From contig JABLTI010000081.1 of NCBI GenBank assembly GCA_013166835.1, positions 1 through 12,022 on the forward strand: a stretch of DNA of 12,022 bases, written 5' to 3'. Below, piece by piece: positions 1-8,253 of this stretch. The notes beneath the pieces were generated by a model. It saw nothing but the letters and a program-made list of their open reading frames with translations, was not told where the DNA came from and ran no database searches. Source of the DNA: Promethearchaeati archaeon (GTDB lineage: Archaea > Asgardarchaeota > Heimdallarchaeia > JABLTI01). The translations under genes were made by a program, and so were the position numbers. Numbering within the stretch: the stretch's first letter is position 1; every line of letters starts with the position of its first letter.

Positions 1-1116
1 TGGGTTGCTTTTCCAGGAATAATTGATGTGCATTGCCATGCAGCTGTTTTCGAAGAAGAGGTTGGTCTCGGTCTACAGGATGGCAATGAATGTACTGATC
101 CAATTACTCCTCATGTTCGTGTTTTAGACGCTATTAATCCAGTTGAAAAAGGTATGAAACGAGCAATTGGTAGTGGTGTTACTTGTGTCTGTATTGCTCC
201 TGGCAGTGGTAATGTTGTTGGAGGTCAAATGACCACCATTAAAACTCATGGGAGAATTGTCGATGATATGGTCATTCAAGAAGTTGCAGGCATCAAATGT
301 GCATTTGGTGAGAATCCAAAAAGAGTTTATGGTGGCATGCAAAGAACTCCCTCAACTCGTATGGGCAATCTTGGCGTTTTCCGTCAGCTTATGATGGAAA
401 CTCAAAATTATATGAACAAATGGGATGAATACAAGAAAAAGCTCAAGCAATACAAAGAAGACTCTAAGGATTATGAGAAGAAGAAAAAAGAAGGCAAAGA
501 TAAGGATCTTAAGAAACCTGTAGAACCCACCATACCCGATAAGAATATTAAATATGATGCAATGGTTCCTGTCTTCAAAAAAGAAATTCCACTCAGAGCA
601 CATGCTCATCAAGACAATGATATTATTTCAGCAGTTCGACTTGCAAAAGAATTTGATGTTAATGTCACAATTGAACATTGTACTTATGGACATAAAATTG
701 TTGATTTCCTTGCAGAAAATAAAATTCCAGCAATTGTTGGTCCCACCTTTGGATTTAGAACCAAGATTGAACTCAAAGATATGACTTGGAAAACATACGG
801 AATTCTATATGATAAGGGTGTTCTCGTTGCTCTAACTTCTGATCATCCGGTTGTTCCATTACAAGAACAAACAGTATATGCAGCGATTGCTCATCGTGAA
901 GGATTGTCCAAACAAGGAGCTTATGAAATTATAACTATTAATGGAGCTAAGATCTTAGGTTTAGATGATAGGATTGGTTCTATAGAAGCAGGAAAAGATG
1001 CTGATATTGCTTTGTGGAATGGTGATCCGCTTCTAGTTCATTCTAAGGTTCAAAAAGTCTTCATCGATGGTGAAATCATCTACGACATTGAAACCGTAAC
1101 TGAAGAAATATTCTGA
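1..1116 (+). CDS. Metal-dependent amidohydrolase (imidazolonepropionase-like group), 5'-partial
   Basis: Frame is open from base 1 (WVAFPGIIDVHCHA), so the GTG at 28 is internal. Motifs: PGxIDxHxH, KCAFGENPKR, RAHAH, IEH, SDHPV, and C-terminal GSIEAGKDADIALW...VFIDG. Stop TGA at 1114-1116. Confidence 0.9.
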   Translation, partial: WVAFPGIIDVHCHAAVFEEEVGLGLQDGNECTDPITPHVRVLDAINPVEKGMKRAIGSGVTCVCIAPGSGNVVGGQMTTIKTHGRIVDDMVIQEVAGIKCAFGENPKRVYGGMQRTPSTRMGNLGVFRQLMMETQNYMNKWDEYKKKLKQYKEDSKDYEKKKKEGKDKDLKKPVEPTIPDKNIKYDAMVPVFKKEIPLRAHAHQDNDIISAVRLAKEFDVNVTIEHCTYGHKIVDFLAENKIPAIVGPTFGFRTKIELKDMTWKTYGILYDKGVLVALTSDHPVVPLQEQTVYAAIAHREGLSKQGAYEIITINGAKILGLDDRIGSIEAGKDADIALWNGDPLLVHSKVQKVFIDGEIIYDIETVTEEIF

Positions 1117-1127
1117 AATAAAGTAAT

Positions 1128-1162
1128 AGCCACAACTCTATGTGGCTTCTTTTTCCTTTTTT
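1128..1162 (+). terminator. Hairpin plus T-tract between convergent genes
   Basis: AGCCACA(1128-1134)-ACTCTA-TGTGGCT(1141-1147) is a perfect 7-bp stem, followed by TCTTTTTCCTTTTTT. It lies just after the amidohydrolase stop. Confidence 0.65.
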
Positions 1163-2775
1163 TAAAGTAATTGTGCAATTTGAGCGAGTTGTATAGCTGT
1201 CGACGTAGATTCACTTTGCGAAGCGATTCCTCCAATCAATGCTAATGCAAGTAAACTCACAATAGACAGAATCGTAATCACAATTCCTTCTAATAAATCA
1301 AATTTATTATCATCTGAAATCATCATGCTCAGTGCAACAGACATGATGAAAATACCACCCATAACAATCGTAATATCCATTGATATTGGAATTCCAATAT
1401 CAAGTATTCCGCTTAAAACGAATGGTATACCAAAGAGAAGGAAGAAAGTCTGATTAATTGCAGATACTTGATGAACCAAACCGACTTCTATTTTTTCTTT
1501 TTCTTTACTTAATAATCCTCTTAAGGTTACAACAAGCTCAGGTGATGAGGCTACTATTCCCACAATTACAGCATAAACTAATACATCTGTTTCAAATCTC
1601 TCAATTCCGTGTTCAATTGATGAAGCTAAAATTTCTCCGCCCCAAATAATTCCACCTGCTCCTACTAAGAAAAGTGCAATTATTATAATCCAAGGAAATC
1701 TACGTAAAGTCGCAAGAGCATCATTTCTATTTCGACGTGATTTCTGAGCATTTCTCCCCATTTTTCTTTTTGAATCATTATTACCATTGACTTCATAAGA
1801 ATCATTTTTATTTATTTGCTTTTTCTTGCTTGCTTTTGCTGGTTTATCACCTATTGTTCTTAATTTTATTTCTGATACAAGTGTAACAGGTTCAATTTGA
1901 ACCAACTCATCTTCATCTGGTAAGAATTCAGTTATAAGAGTTTGTGGAGTTGAAGTTCGTTTCCCAAATCTAGTTATCAAGATTATTACAAAGAAAATAT
2001 AAACTAATATTAAAGCAATACCTATTACGATTTCGAAATACTGATCATAGGTTGTTACAGTTAATCCTTCACCTGTAAATTCAAAATATAACCCGTATAT
2101 CATAATTACAAATGAAAATACCATCATTCCTAAGATTAGATTCGCTTCATAGAAAGTTAATTCCCGTGGTAAACCAAATGGTTTGTCTCGAGACACAAAA
2201 ATCATTGCTATTCCTAAGAAGAAGATATTGATTATAACCGTTGCAAGTATCAAAACAATGGCAGTCGTTGCCATATTATTAGCAGCTACTGTATCACCAT
2301 CTATTCTATATCTATTTGATTTTATTAATAAAATCATAATTACTATCAATTCTGCTAACGCAGCACCTATTGCTTGTAAAATTCCTTCTAAATAAGGATT
2401 CCAGTTCAGCTTATCACTCATACCCTTAACACCGAGTATGATAATCTCAGAAGCTCCAAAAACCAGGAATAATCCTGCTGCAAAACCAATTAACATCTTT
2501 AGAAGTAAATAGCTCCCTTCAGGCAAAACCCTTTCTAGAACAATAAAAGCAACACCAAATAAGAGACCTAGAATTGTTGATATTATTGTTGTTTTGTGGA
2601 TATTTGTGAATATAGTTCCAATTGCTTCTTCTGCTTCAATAATTTCTAGAATATCTGGGGAATCATCATCTTCAGTAATGACCGTAGGTAAATCCCAATC
2701 TTCCGGTTCTTCTAATCCTTCTACGTTTTCTGATTTATTAGGCGGGGGTTCACTGCCCTCGTCATTTTCACTCAT
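1162..2775 (-). CDS. CaCA superfamily (Na+/Ca2+ or Ca2+/H+ exchanger-like) membrane protein, paralog 1
   Basis: 537 aa with two hydrophobic helix bundles separated by a long hydrophilic loop. Alpha-repeat-like segments QAIGAALAELIV and VGIVASSPELVV; C-terminal DDNKFDLLEG. Acidic N-terminal tail; AGAGGT upstream of the ATG. Confidence 0.8.
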   Translation of the reverse strand: MSENDEGSEPPPNKSENVEGLEEPEDWDLPTVITEDDDSPDILEIIEAEEAIGTIFTNIHKTTIISTILGLLFGVAFIVLERVLPEGSYLLLKMLIGFAAGLFLVFGASEIIILGVKGMSDKLNWNPYLEGILQAIGAALAELIVIMILLIKSNRYRIDGDTVAANNMATTAIVLILATVIINIFFLGIAMIFVSRDKPFGLPRELTFYEANLILGMMVFSFVIMIYGLYFEFTGEGLTVTTYDQYFEIVIGIALILVYIFFVIILITRFGKRTSTPQTLITEFLPDEDELVQIEPVTLVSEIKLRTIGDKPAKASKKKQINKNDSYEVNGNNDSKRKMGRNAQKSRRNRNDALATLRRFPWIIIIALFLVGAGGIIWGGEILASSIEHGIERFETDVLVYAVIVGIVASSPELVVTLRGLLSKEKEKIEVGLVHQVSAINQTFFLLFGIPFVLSGILDIGIPISMDITIVMGGIFIMSVALSMMISDDNKFDLLEGIVITILSIVSLLALALIGGIASQSESTSTAIQLAQIAQLL

Positions 2776-2851
2776 TTATTTCCGATTACCTCTGTAGGGA
2801 ACAAAAAAATGTTCAAGACCAAATAGTTGTGATTGTATTTTGTAATCGTTC

Positions 2852-2866
2852 CTTTTAAATTATTTG
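2852..2866 (-). promoter_or_regulatory. Putative TATA-like promoter of exchanger 1
   Basis: Minus strand CAAATAATTTAAAAG, about 75-90 nt upstream of the ATG and downstream of a T-rich tract that follows the aminotransferase stop. Confidence 0.35.
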
Positions 2867-2905
2867 TTTTCACATAATTAATTAGATGAAAATTGGAAGA
2901 AAGAA

Positions 2906-4645
2906 CTATAGTCCTTTTAATAATCCAAAGTACTTTGTAAATTTCAAGAGATATTTGATTCCTTTGATTTTGAGCTTTCCAGTGAGAATTGCTTTTACAG
3001 GTTTAGCTTTTCCTAGTACTAAACCAAAAAATCCTGGTTTCGTTGTAATTATTGCTCCATGACATTCTTTCTTTTCCTTTCTGATATTTTCTTTAGTGTT
3101 TTTTATGGGATGAAAAGCTAATTTTCCATCTTTAATTATAACTTTAACAGCAGTAGTATCATCTTTAGCAACTAAAAGAAGTGAATAGTCATCTAGTTTA
3201 TACTTTTCTGCAAACTCTTTGTTTTTGTTAAGTTGTTTTAGTAAAGTATAAATTATTCCGGAAAAGCCTTCGTAAGGTTTAACTTCTTCGTAAAGAGGAA
3301 GAACCATTTCCATTGCTTTTCTAAAACGAACTAGTATTTCGTCAACAATGGCTTCATCCATAATTGTTGAAAGCATAAAACCAGTAACACCCCGGGATAT
3401 GACATATAGACCTTGTAGAGCCAATGCAACCTGAAGATACTCTGAAAGTTCTAAGAAAGGAATTGTATTAAAGACTACTTGCTGCTTATTCATTGGAACT
3501 CCATCTGGAAATTGGATGAAAGCTATCGATTGAATACCGCCGACATTACATTTTACACCCAATTCAGCCATTATTTTTTTCAAACCTTCTCGTAATCTTA
3601 ATCCTAAGACATCTAATTTCTTAATTGCTGCTTCATCATATAATTCAAGAGCAGCTATCCCAGCAACCATAGACAAAGCATTACCACTAAAAGTTCCTGA
3701 GTGCATAATGTAGCCCTTCTTCAATGGACTAAATTGCTCCATAATTTCTCTTCTACCTCCAAAAGCACCGATTGGTAATCCACCACCAATTGTTTTTCCT
3801 AAGGCAGTAAGATCAGGGATAACACCAGACATTTCTTGTATTCCCCCAGTGGCTACTCGTAAAGTAATCACTTCATCAAAAATCAGAAGTATTTCATATT
3901 TTGTGCATAGTTCTCGTAAACCTTTCATGTATTCAAGAGTAGCTTCGGCAGCGCCCCCGTAACCCATGACAGGTTCAAGGATAAACGCAGCGATTTTCTT
4001 ATGATGCTTTTTCATAATCTTTTCCACGGCTGCTAGATCATTAAAGGGTACAACAAAGACATCTTGGAGCAATGTTTCTGAGATTCCTCTTTCAACGAAA
4101 GGAGTGGGCATTCCCTCCGCAGTCAAATCAGGATCCATATTTATCATTACATAATCGTGAGAACCGTGATATCCTCCTTCAGCTTTAATAAGTCCTCTTT
4201 TTCCTGTAAACCCTCGAGCAGCTCGTATTGTAAACATAGTTGCCTCAGTTCCAGAATTACAAAAGCGTATTTCTTCAATCGAAGGAACTCGATCACATAG
4301 AATTTTGGCAAGCTTGTATTGACTTTCCAAAGGTGCTGAATGAGCTGTTCCACGTTTTGCTTGTTTTTCAAGTGCTTCAGTAATCTTCGGGTGTCCATGT
4401 CCATGCAATAAAACTGTCATATTATTCTGAACATCAAGATACTGATTACCATCCACATCGTACAAGTAATAACCTTCACCTCTATCTATAAAGAATGGAT
4501 ATGGTGGAAAATAGGCTATATTTCGTGTTCCGCCACCTGGCAAATACTTCAAAGCTTTTTCAAATAGCTTTTTCGATTTTGGGTTTCTTTTTTCAAATTC
4601 CTTAATAATATCTTTTTTTACTTCTTCAGAATTCCTAGATGCCAT
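2906..4645 (-). CDS. Class III PLP-dependent aminotransferase (glutamate-1-semialdehyde aminomutase-like) fused to a C-terminal SCP2-like lipid-binding domain
   Basis: Motifs FCNSGTEA, YHGSHD, LIFDEVITLR, PDLTALGKTIGGGLPIGAFGG (PLP lysine) and HSGTFSGN. An extra ~120 aa at the C-terminus contains KPVKAILTGKLKIKG, matching the SCP2 signature PxxAxxxGKLKIxG. Confidence 0.88.
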   Translation of the reverse strand: MASRNSEEVKKDIIKEFEKRNPKSKKLFEKALKYLPGGGTRNIAYFPPYPFFIDRGEGYYLYDVDGNQYLDVQNNMTVLLHGHGHPKITEALEKQAKRGTAHSAPLESQYKLAKILCDRVPSIEEIRFCNSGTEATMFTIRAARGFTGKRGLIKAEGGYHGSHDYVMINMDPDLTAEGMPTPFVERGISETLLQDVFVVPFNDLAAVEKIMKKHHKKIAAFILEPVMGYGGAAEATLEYMKGLRELCTKYEILLIFDEVITLRVATGGIQEMSGVIPDLTALGKTIGGGLPIGAFGGRREIMEQFSPLKKGYIMHSGTFSGNALSMVAGIAALELYDEAAIKKLDVLGLRLREGLKKIMAELGVKCNVGGIQSIAFIQFPDGVPMNKQQVVFNTIPFLELSEYLQVALALQGLYVISRGVTGFMLSTIMDEAIVDEILVRFRKAMEMVLPLYEEVKPYEGFSGIIYTLLKQLNKNKEFAEKYKLDDYSLLLVAKDDTTAVKVIIKDGKLAFHPIKNTKENIRKEKKECHGAIITTKPGFFGLVLGKAKPVKAILTGKLKIKGIKYLLKFTKYFGLLKGL

Positions 4646-4698
4646 TTAAATTCAGCTCTTTTGAATATCTCAATCAACTTATTTACAAAATACTTTGT

Positions 4699-4713
4699 CT
4701 TATAAAAACTTTC
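4699..4713 (-). promoter_or_regulatory. Archaeal-type BRE+TATA promoter of the aminotransferase
   Basis: Minus strand GAAAG-TTTTTATAAG, about 55 nt upstream of the ATG at 4645. Confidence 0.6.
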
Positions 4714-4778
4714 ATTCAGTAATAATAAGAAAAATAAGAAAAAAAGGTAAGAAAATCTTCCTTTAAACAAAAATCAGA

Positions 4779-6236
4779 TTAATTTAGCAAGCCACCTACT
4801 ACGCTTAACGCAAGAAGACTCGTTATTGACGCGAGTAGAATTAACATTCCTTCCACCCGATCAAAGTGATTATCATCAATAATCGTTAGGTGCAATGCGA
4901 GTGAGATCACGAATATTCCCGTAAAGACTAACGTCGTATCTAACGCAACAGGAATATCGACATTTATAATCGATGCAAAGAGGAATGGAAATCCAAAAAG
5001 CAAGAAGAATGTTTGATTTATAGATGAAACTTGGTGGACTAGACCAATTTTAATGTCTTTTTTCTCAGGATCAAGTATTGCTCTCATAGTTATCGTAGCT
5101 TCTGGGGCTGATGAAACAAAACCTACAATAACACTATAGACTAGAATTGGCAAGCTAATGATTCCTAACCCACTTTCTATTGAATCTGAAATCATCGTAC
5201 CTCCAAAAACTATTCCTGATATTCCTACAGCAAAAGCAATTACCAGAATATACCACGGAAATCTTCTGAGTGCTACGAATTGTTCTCCTTCTTCATCTTT
5301 ATGATTGTTTCCGAAAATATTCTTAACAAATTTTTTCAGTTTGCTTTCTTTGATTTCATCATTATTTTTTTCATGTTTCTTCCCATTTTCTTCTGGAAAG
5401 TATTCAGTAATTAATGTTTGGGGACCAATCCTCCCTGTGCTTTTAGCCTTCGCATCTCCTATCATGAAAAGTATGAAGAGTAAGTAGAAAGACAATAAAG
5501 CTACTCCAATTACCCCTTCAAACGCTCTATCAAATTGAGCAATGTTTAGTGAATTATGAGTGAAACCAAATACCATGAGTATTAAAGAGAATATTGTCAT
5601 TGCTAAAACAAGATTTGATTCCGTTTGAGTTAATTGTTGAGGTAATTTGAATGGTTTTTTCCTAGTTATAATTAACATTGTAATTCCCAGTATCAGAGTG
5701 TTTATCAATACTGTTGTGAGGACAAGAGTAATACTAGTGAGAGTTAGATTATTAGCTAAGGCAATATTTTCTGCTAATCCAGTTGCACTTAGTTTTTTCG
5801 CTCGAGTAAGAAGAATAGTAACTACAACCATATCACTGGCATCTGCACCGATAGCTGCAATGATCCCCATAAAATACTCGGACCAATTCAGTTTCTTACC
5901 GATTCCTTTTACTCCGAAAATGATTAAGTCAGAACATCCGAAGACAAAGGCTAAACCTCCACTAAAACCAATAATGATGGTCCAAATCGGGTGACCATCT
6001 AGTACATTAGTAAATGTGATTATGAGTAAAATAATACCTACAATTACAGAAGGAATTGTTAGAGGATTTATTTTTTCAAATAATTCCCCAATTGCTTCAT
6101 CCGCTTCTAGCTGATCAAGCTCAATTTTAGGTAATTCATTATTCTTTTCAGATATTTCTTCAGATGAAGTAGAATTTTCATCAAACAAAGTTAAATCCTC
6201 TTCTATTATCTTAGAATGATTTATTCTTCTTACCAA
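4779..6236 (-). CDS. CaCA superfamily exchanger-like membrane protein, paralog 2
   Basis: 485 aa, TTG start with GAGG upstream. Alpha-like segments AAIGADASDMVV and VGFVSSAPEATI. Shares EAxEAIG, LNW, PQTLITE, ALRRFPW, GLVHQVSxINQTFFLLFG and DDNxFDxxEG with the 1162-2775 protein. Confidence 0.8.
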   Translation of the reverse strand: MVRRINHSKIIEEDLTLFDENSTSSEEISEKNNELPKIELDQLEADEAIGELFEKINPLTIPSVIVGIILLIITFTNVLDGHPIWTIIIGFSGGLAFVFGCSDLIIFGVKGIGKKLNWSEYFMGIIAAIGADASDMVVVTILLTRAKKLSATGLAENIALANNLTLTSITLVLTTVLINTLILGITMLIITRKKPFKLPQQLTQTESNLVLAMTIFSLILMVFGFTHNSLNIAQFDRAFEGVIGVALLSFYLLFILFMIGDAKAKSTGRIGPQTLITEYFPEENGKKHEKNNDEIKESKLKKFVKNIFGNNHKDEEGEQFVALRRFPWYILVIAFAVGISGIVFGGTMISDSIESGLGIISLPILVYSVIVGFVSSAPEATITMRAILDPEKKDIKIGLVHQVSSINQTFFLLFGFPFLFASIINVDIPVALDTTLVFTGIFVISLALHLTIIDDNHFDRVEGMLILLASITSLLALSVVGGLLN

Positions 6237-6300
6237 TTAATTTTTGTGCCTCAAGATTGCTAACAATTATTTGATTACAATTGAAATTTGGTTTTTTATC

Positions 6301-6378
6301 TCTTAAAGCTATGGTATTAAAACATTAATTTTCAAAATATAATTTCATTATAAAATAAAAGCTAGAAAATATTTAAGG
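6301..6378. promoter_or_regulatory. Divergent promoter region (exchanger 2 / pgi operon)
   Basis: Plus strand GAAAATATTTAAGG (6365-6378) upstream of pgi; minus strand AGCTTTAAGA (6301-6310) upstream of exchanger 2. Confidence 0.45.
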
Positions 6379-6412
6379 ATAAAAGAAATATTCTACAACA
6401 AATAATACAAAG

Positions 6413-7228
6413 ATGATTAAAATGGCAACAATAGATTTGAGTAATTTTGTACCATATGAGTTACTGATAGATTCCGAAACAAATAAGGTAGTTAAAGCTG
6501 GAGACATTGAAGCCACTTTTTCTACTCGAAAACTCTTAGATATGAAAGATGTAATATATGATCAAGAATGGTTGGGTGGACAAAAAGAAAATTTTGATTT
6601 ATATTACATGTATCGTGATTTAACTCGAGCAGAAGACAAAGAATTGTTTCAAAATCACAATATAAGATTTGATGTTACAATAATTCCACCAAAATTTCTT
6701 GGAAAAGAATATAATAAAACTGCAGGTCACTTCCATCCAAACGCCAAAGAAGGTTATAGCTTTCCAGAAGTCTATGAAGTGATGCATGGAAAAGGATTAT
6801 ATTTACTTCAAAAACCAAAGAAAGAGTTAACACGAAAAGAGAAAAGAGCTAATGTGCTAAATCCTGTGGAAATTATAGTGATTTCTGCGAAGGCAGGTGA
6901 TCAAGTTATGATTCCACCAGGTTATGGTCACATCACTATAAATCCATCAGAGGATACTCCTCTAATTATGAATAATCTTGTGAGTTCAAGCTTCAACTCT
7001 ATCTATGAACCTATTAAGAAGCAGAGAGGAGCAATTTATCTCTATCATGCTAATAAAACTTGGATACGAAATCCTTCTTACATAGATGATAAAATTCTAG
7101 TTAAAGAAGGAATACCTCAGAAGATTGCAGACAAACCATTCTACGAATCTTTCCTTGAAAACCCAGAGCAATGGAAATTCCTTAATGAACCTTGGATAAA
7201 AGAGAAATGGAAAAGATTAATTCATTAG
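6413..7228 (+). CDS. pgiA: Cupin-type (archaeal) glucose-6-phosphate isomerase family protein
   Basis: Cupin PGI metal-binding motifs KTAGHFHP, PEVYEVMHGKG and IPPGYGHITIN; N-terminal LYYMYRD...IRFDVTIIPP. True start may be the ATG at 6422. Confidence 0.82.
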   Translation: MIKMATIDLSNFVPYELLIDSETNKVVKAGDIEATFSTRKLLDMKDVIYDQEWLGGQKENFDLYYMYRDLTRAEDKELFQNHNIRFDVTIIPPKFLGKEYNKTAGHFHPNAKEGYSFPEVYEVMHGKGLYLLQKPKKELTRKEKRANVLNPVEIIVISAKAGDQVMIPPGYGHITINPSEDTPLIMNNLVSSSFNSIYEPIKKQRGAIYLYHANKTWIRNPSYIDDKILVKEGIPQKIADKPFYESFLENPEQWKFLNEPWIKEKWKRLIH

Positions 7229-7231
7229 GAT

Positions 7232-8245
7232 TTGGATTTATTGTCAAGTGAAAAAGAACTAATCCTTGAAATAAAAGATCTTCATACATATTTTTATGAC
7301 AGAGAGGATATTATTTGGAAAATACTTGATGGTGTTAATTTAAAAATCTATAAGGGAGAAACACTTGGTATATTAGGACCTTCAGGATCTGGAAAATCAG
7401 TTTTAACAAGATCCATTTTAAGATTAGTGGATTACCCTGGTAAAATAGAAAAGGGTCAGATTCTCTTCAAAGGAAAAGATCTTCTTACAATTGATGAAGA
7501 GATTTTCAATAAAATCAGAGGAAAAGAAATTTCTTTGGTTTTACAGAACGCTCCTAGTTCAATTGATCCTCTTAGAGATATGACTTACACCACGAGTGAA
7601 CCATACAGAGAACATATAGAGGAAGATCTTGCTCGTTCGGAAATTAAGATGCTTGTGGTAAGCCAATTAGGTAAAGTGGCGTTACAAGAACCCCTAAAAG
7701 TATCAGACAAATATGCTCATGAATTAAGTGGAGGGGAAAGTCAAAGAGTTAAAATTGCATCTGCAGTAATTAACAATCCAACCTTACTAATTGCAGATGA
7801 ACCTGTAGCAAATTTAGATGCAACTATAGCAAGACAGATATTAGAATTACTACACCAAATGAAAGAAAAATTCAATCTAACAATGATTCTAATTGCTCAT
7901 AATTTAGGTATACTTGCAGAATTATCTGATAAAATTGCTATTCTTTATGCAGGGAAAATCCTTGAATATTCTGATGTTGATACCATCTTCTACCATCCGA
8001 TACATCCTTTCACACAAGGGCTTTTCTATGCATCCCCAAGTATAGCTCCTCGAGGAAAACTAAAACCAATACCAGGAAAAGAACCAGATGCAAGAAGATT
8101 ACCACCTGGATGTCGATTTCATCCCAGATGTGAGTACGCTATAGAAAAATGCAAGAAGGAACTACCAGAATTAGAGGAATTTAAAGAAGGTCATTCCGTA
8201 GCATGCTGGAGAGCAAATGAAATCCCAGAATTCAAGCGAGAATAG
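7232..8245 (+). CDS. Oligopeptide/dipeptide ABC transporter ATP-binding protein (OppD/DppD-like)
   Basis: Walker A GPSGSGKS, signature LSGGESQRV, Walker B LLIADEP, H-loop IAHNL. C-terminal HPIHPFT...PPGCRFHPRC...C...HSVACW four-Cys domain typical of OppD/DppD. Confidence 0.9.
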   Translation: MDLLSSEKELILEIKDLHTYFYDREDIIWKILDGVNLKIYKGETLGILGPSGSGKSVLTRSILRLVDYPGKIEKGQILFKGKDLLTIDEEIFNKIRGKEISLVLQNAPSSIDPLRDMTYTTSEPYREHIEEDLARSEIKMLVVSQLGKVALQEPLKVSDKYAHELSGGESQRVKIASAVINNPTLLIADEPVANLDATIARQILELLHQMKEKFNLTMILIAHNLGILAELSDKIAILYAGKILEYSDVDTIFYHPIHPFTQGLFYASPSIAPRGKLKPIPGKEPDARRLPPGCRFHPRCEYAIEKCKKELPELEEFKEGHSVACWRANEIPEFKRE

Positions 8246-8253
8246 ATAAATAT

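Noticed and set aside
28-30. GTG start assigned to the amidohydrolase
   Set aside because: The upstream in-frame PGIID belongs to the conserved PGxIDxHxH motif, so the gene begins before the window.
124-784. Short ORFs 124-342, 352-612 and 554-784
   Set aside because: Antisense or alternate-frame shadows inside the amidohydrolase gene, with no motifs.
2906-4645. Assigning the symbol hemL
   Set aside because: The extra SCP2-like domain and absence of tetrapyrrole context make GSA aminomutase function uncertain.
1458-5994. Short ORFs 1458-1649, 2183-2395, 2594-2797, 4147-4404, 5305-5487 and 5647-5994
   Set aside because: All overlap well-supported long genes. Antisense ORFs are common opposite membrane-protein genes.
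6338-6352. Inverted repeat TATAAT-TTC-ATTATA in the divergent promoter
   Set aside because: The arms are entirely A/T in a very AT-rich spacer, so it is expected by chance.
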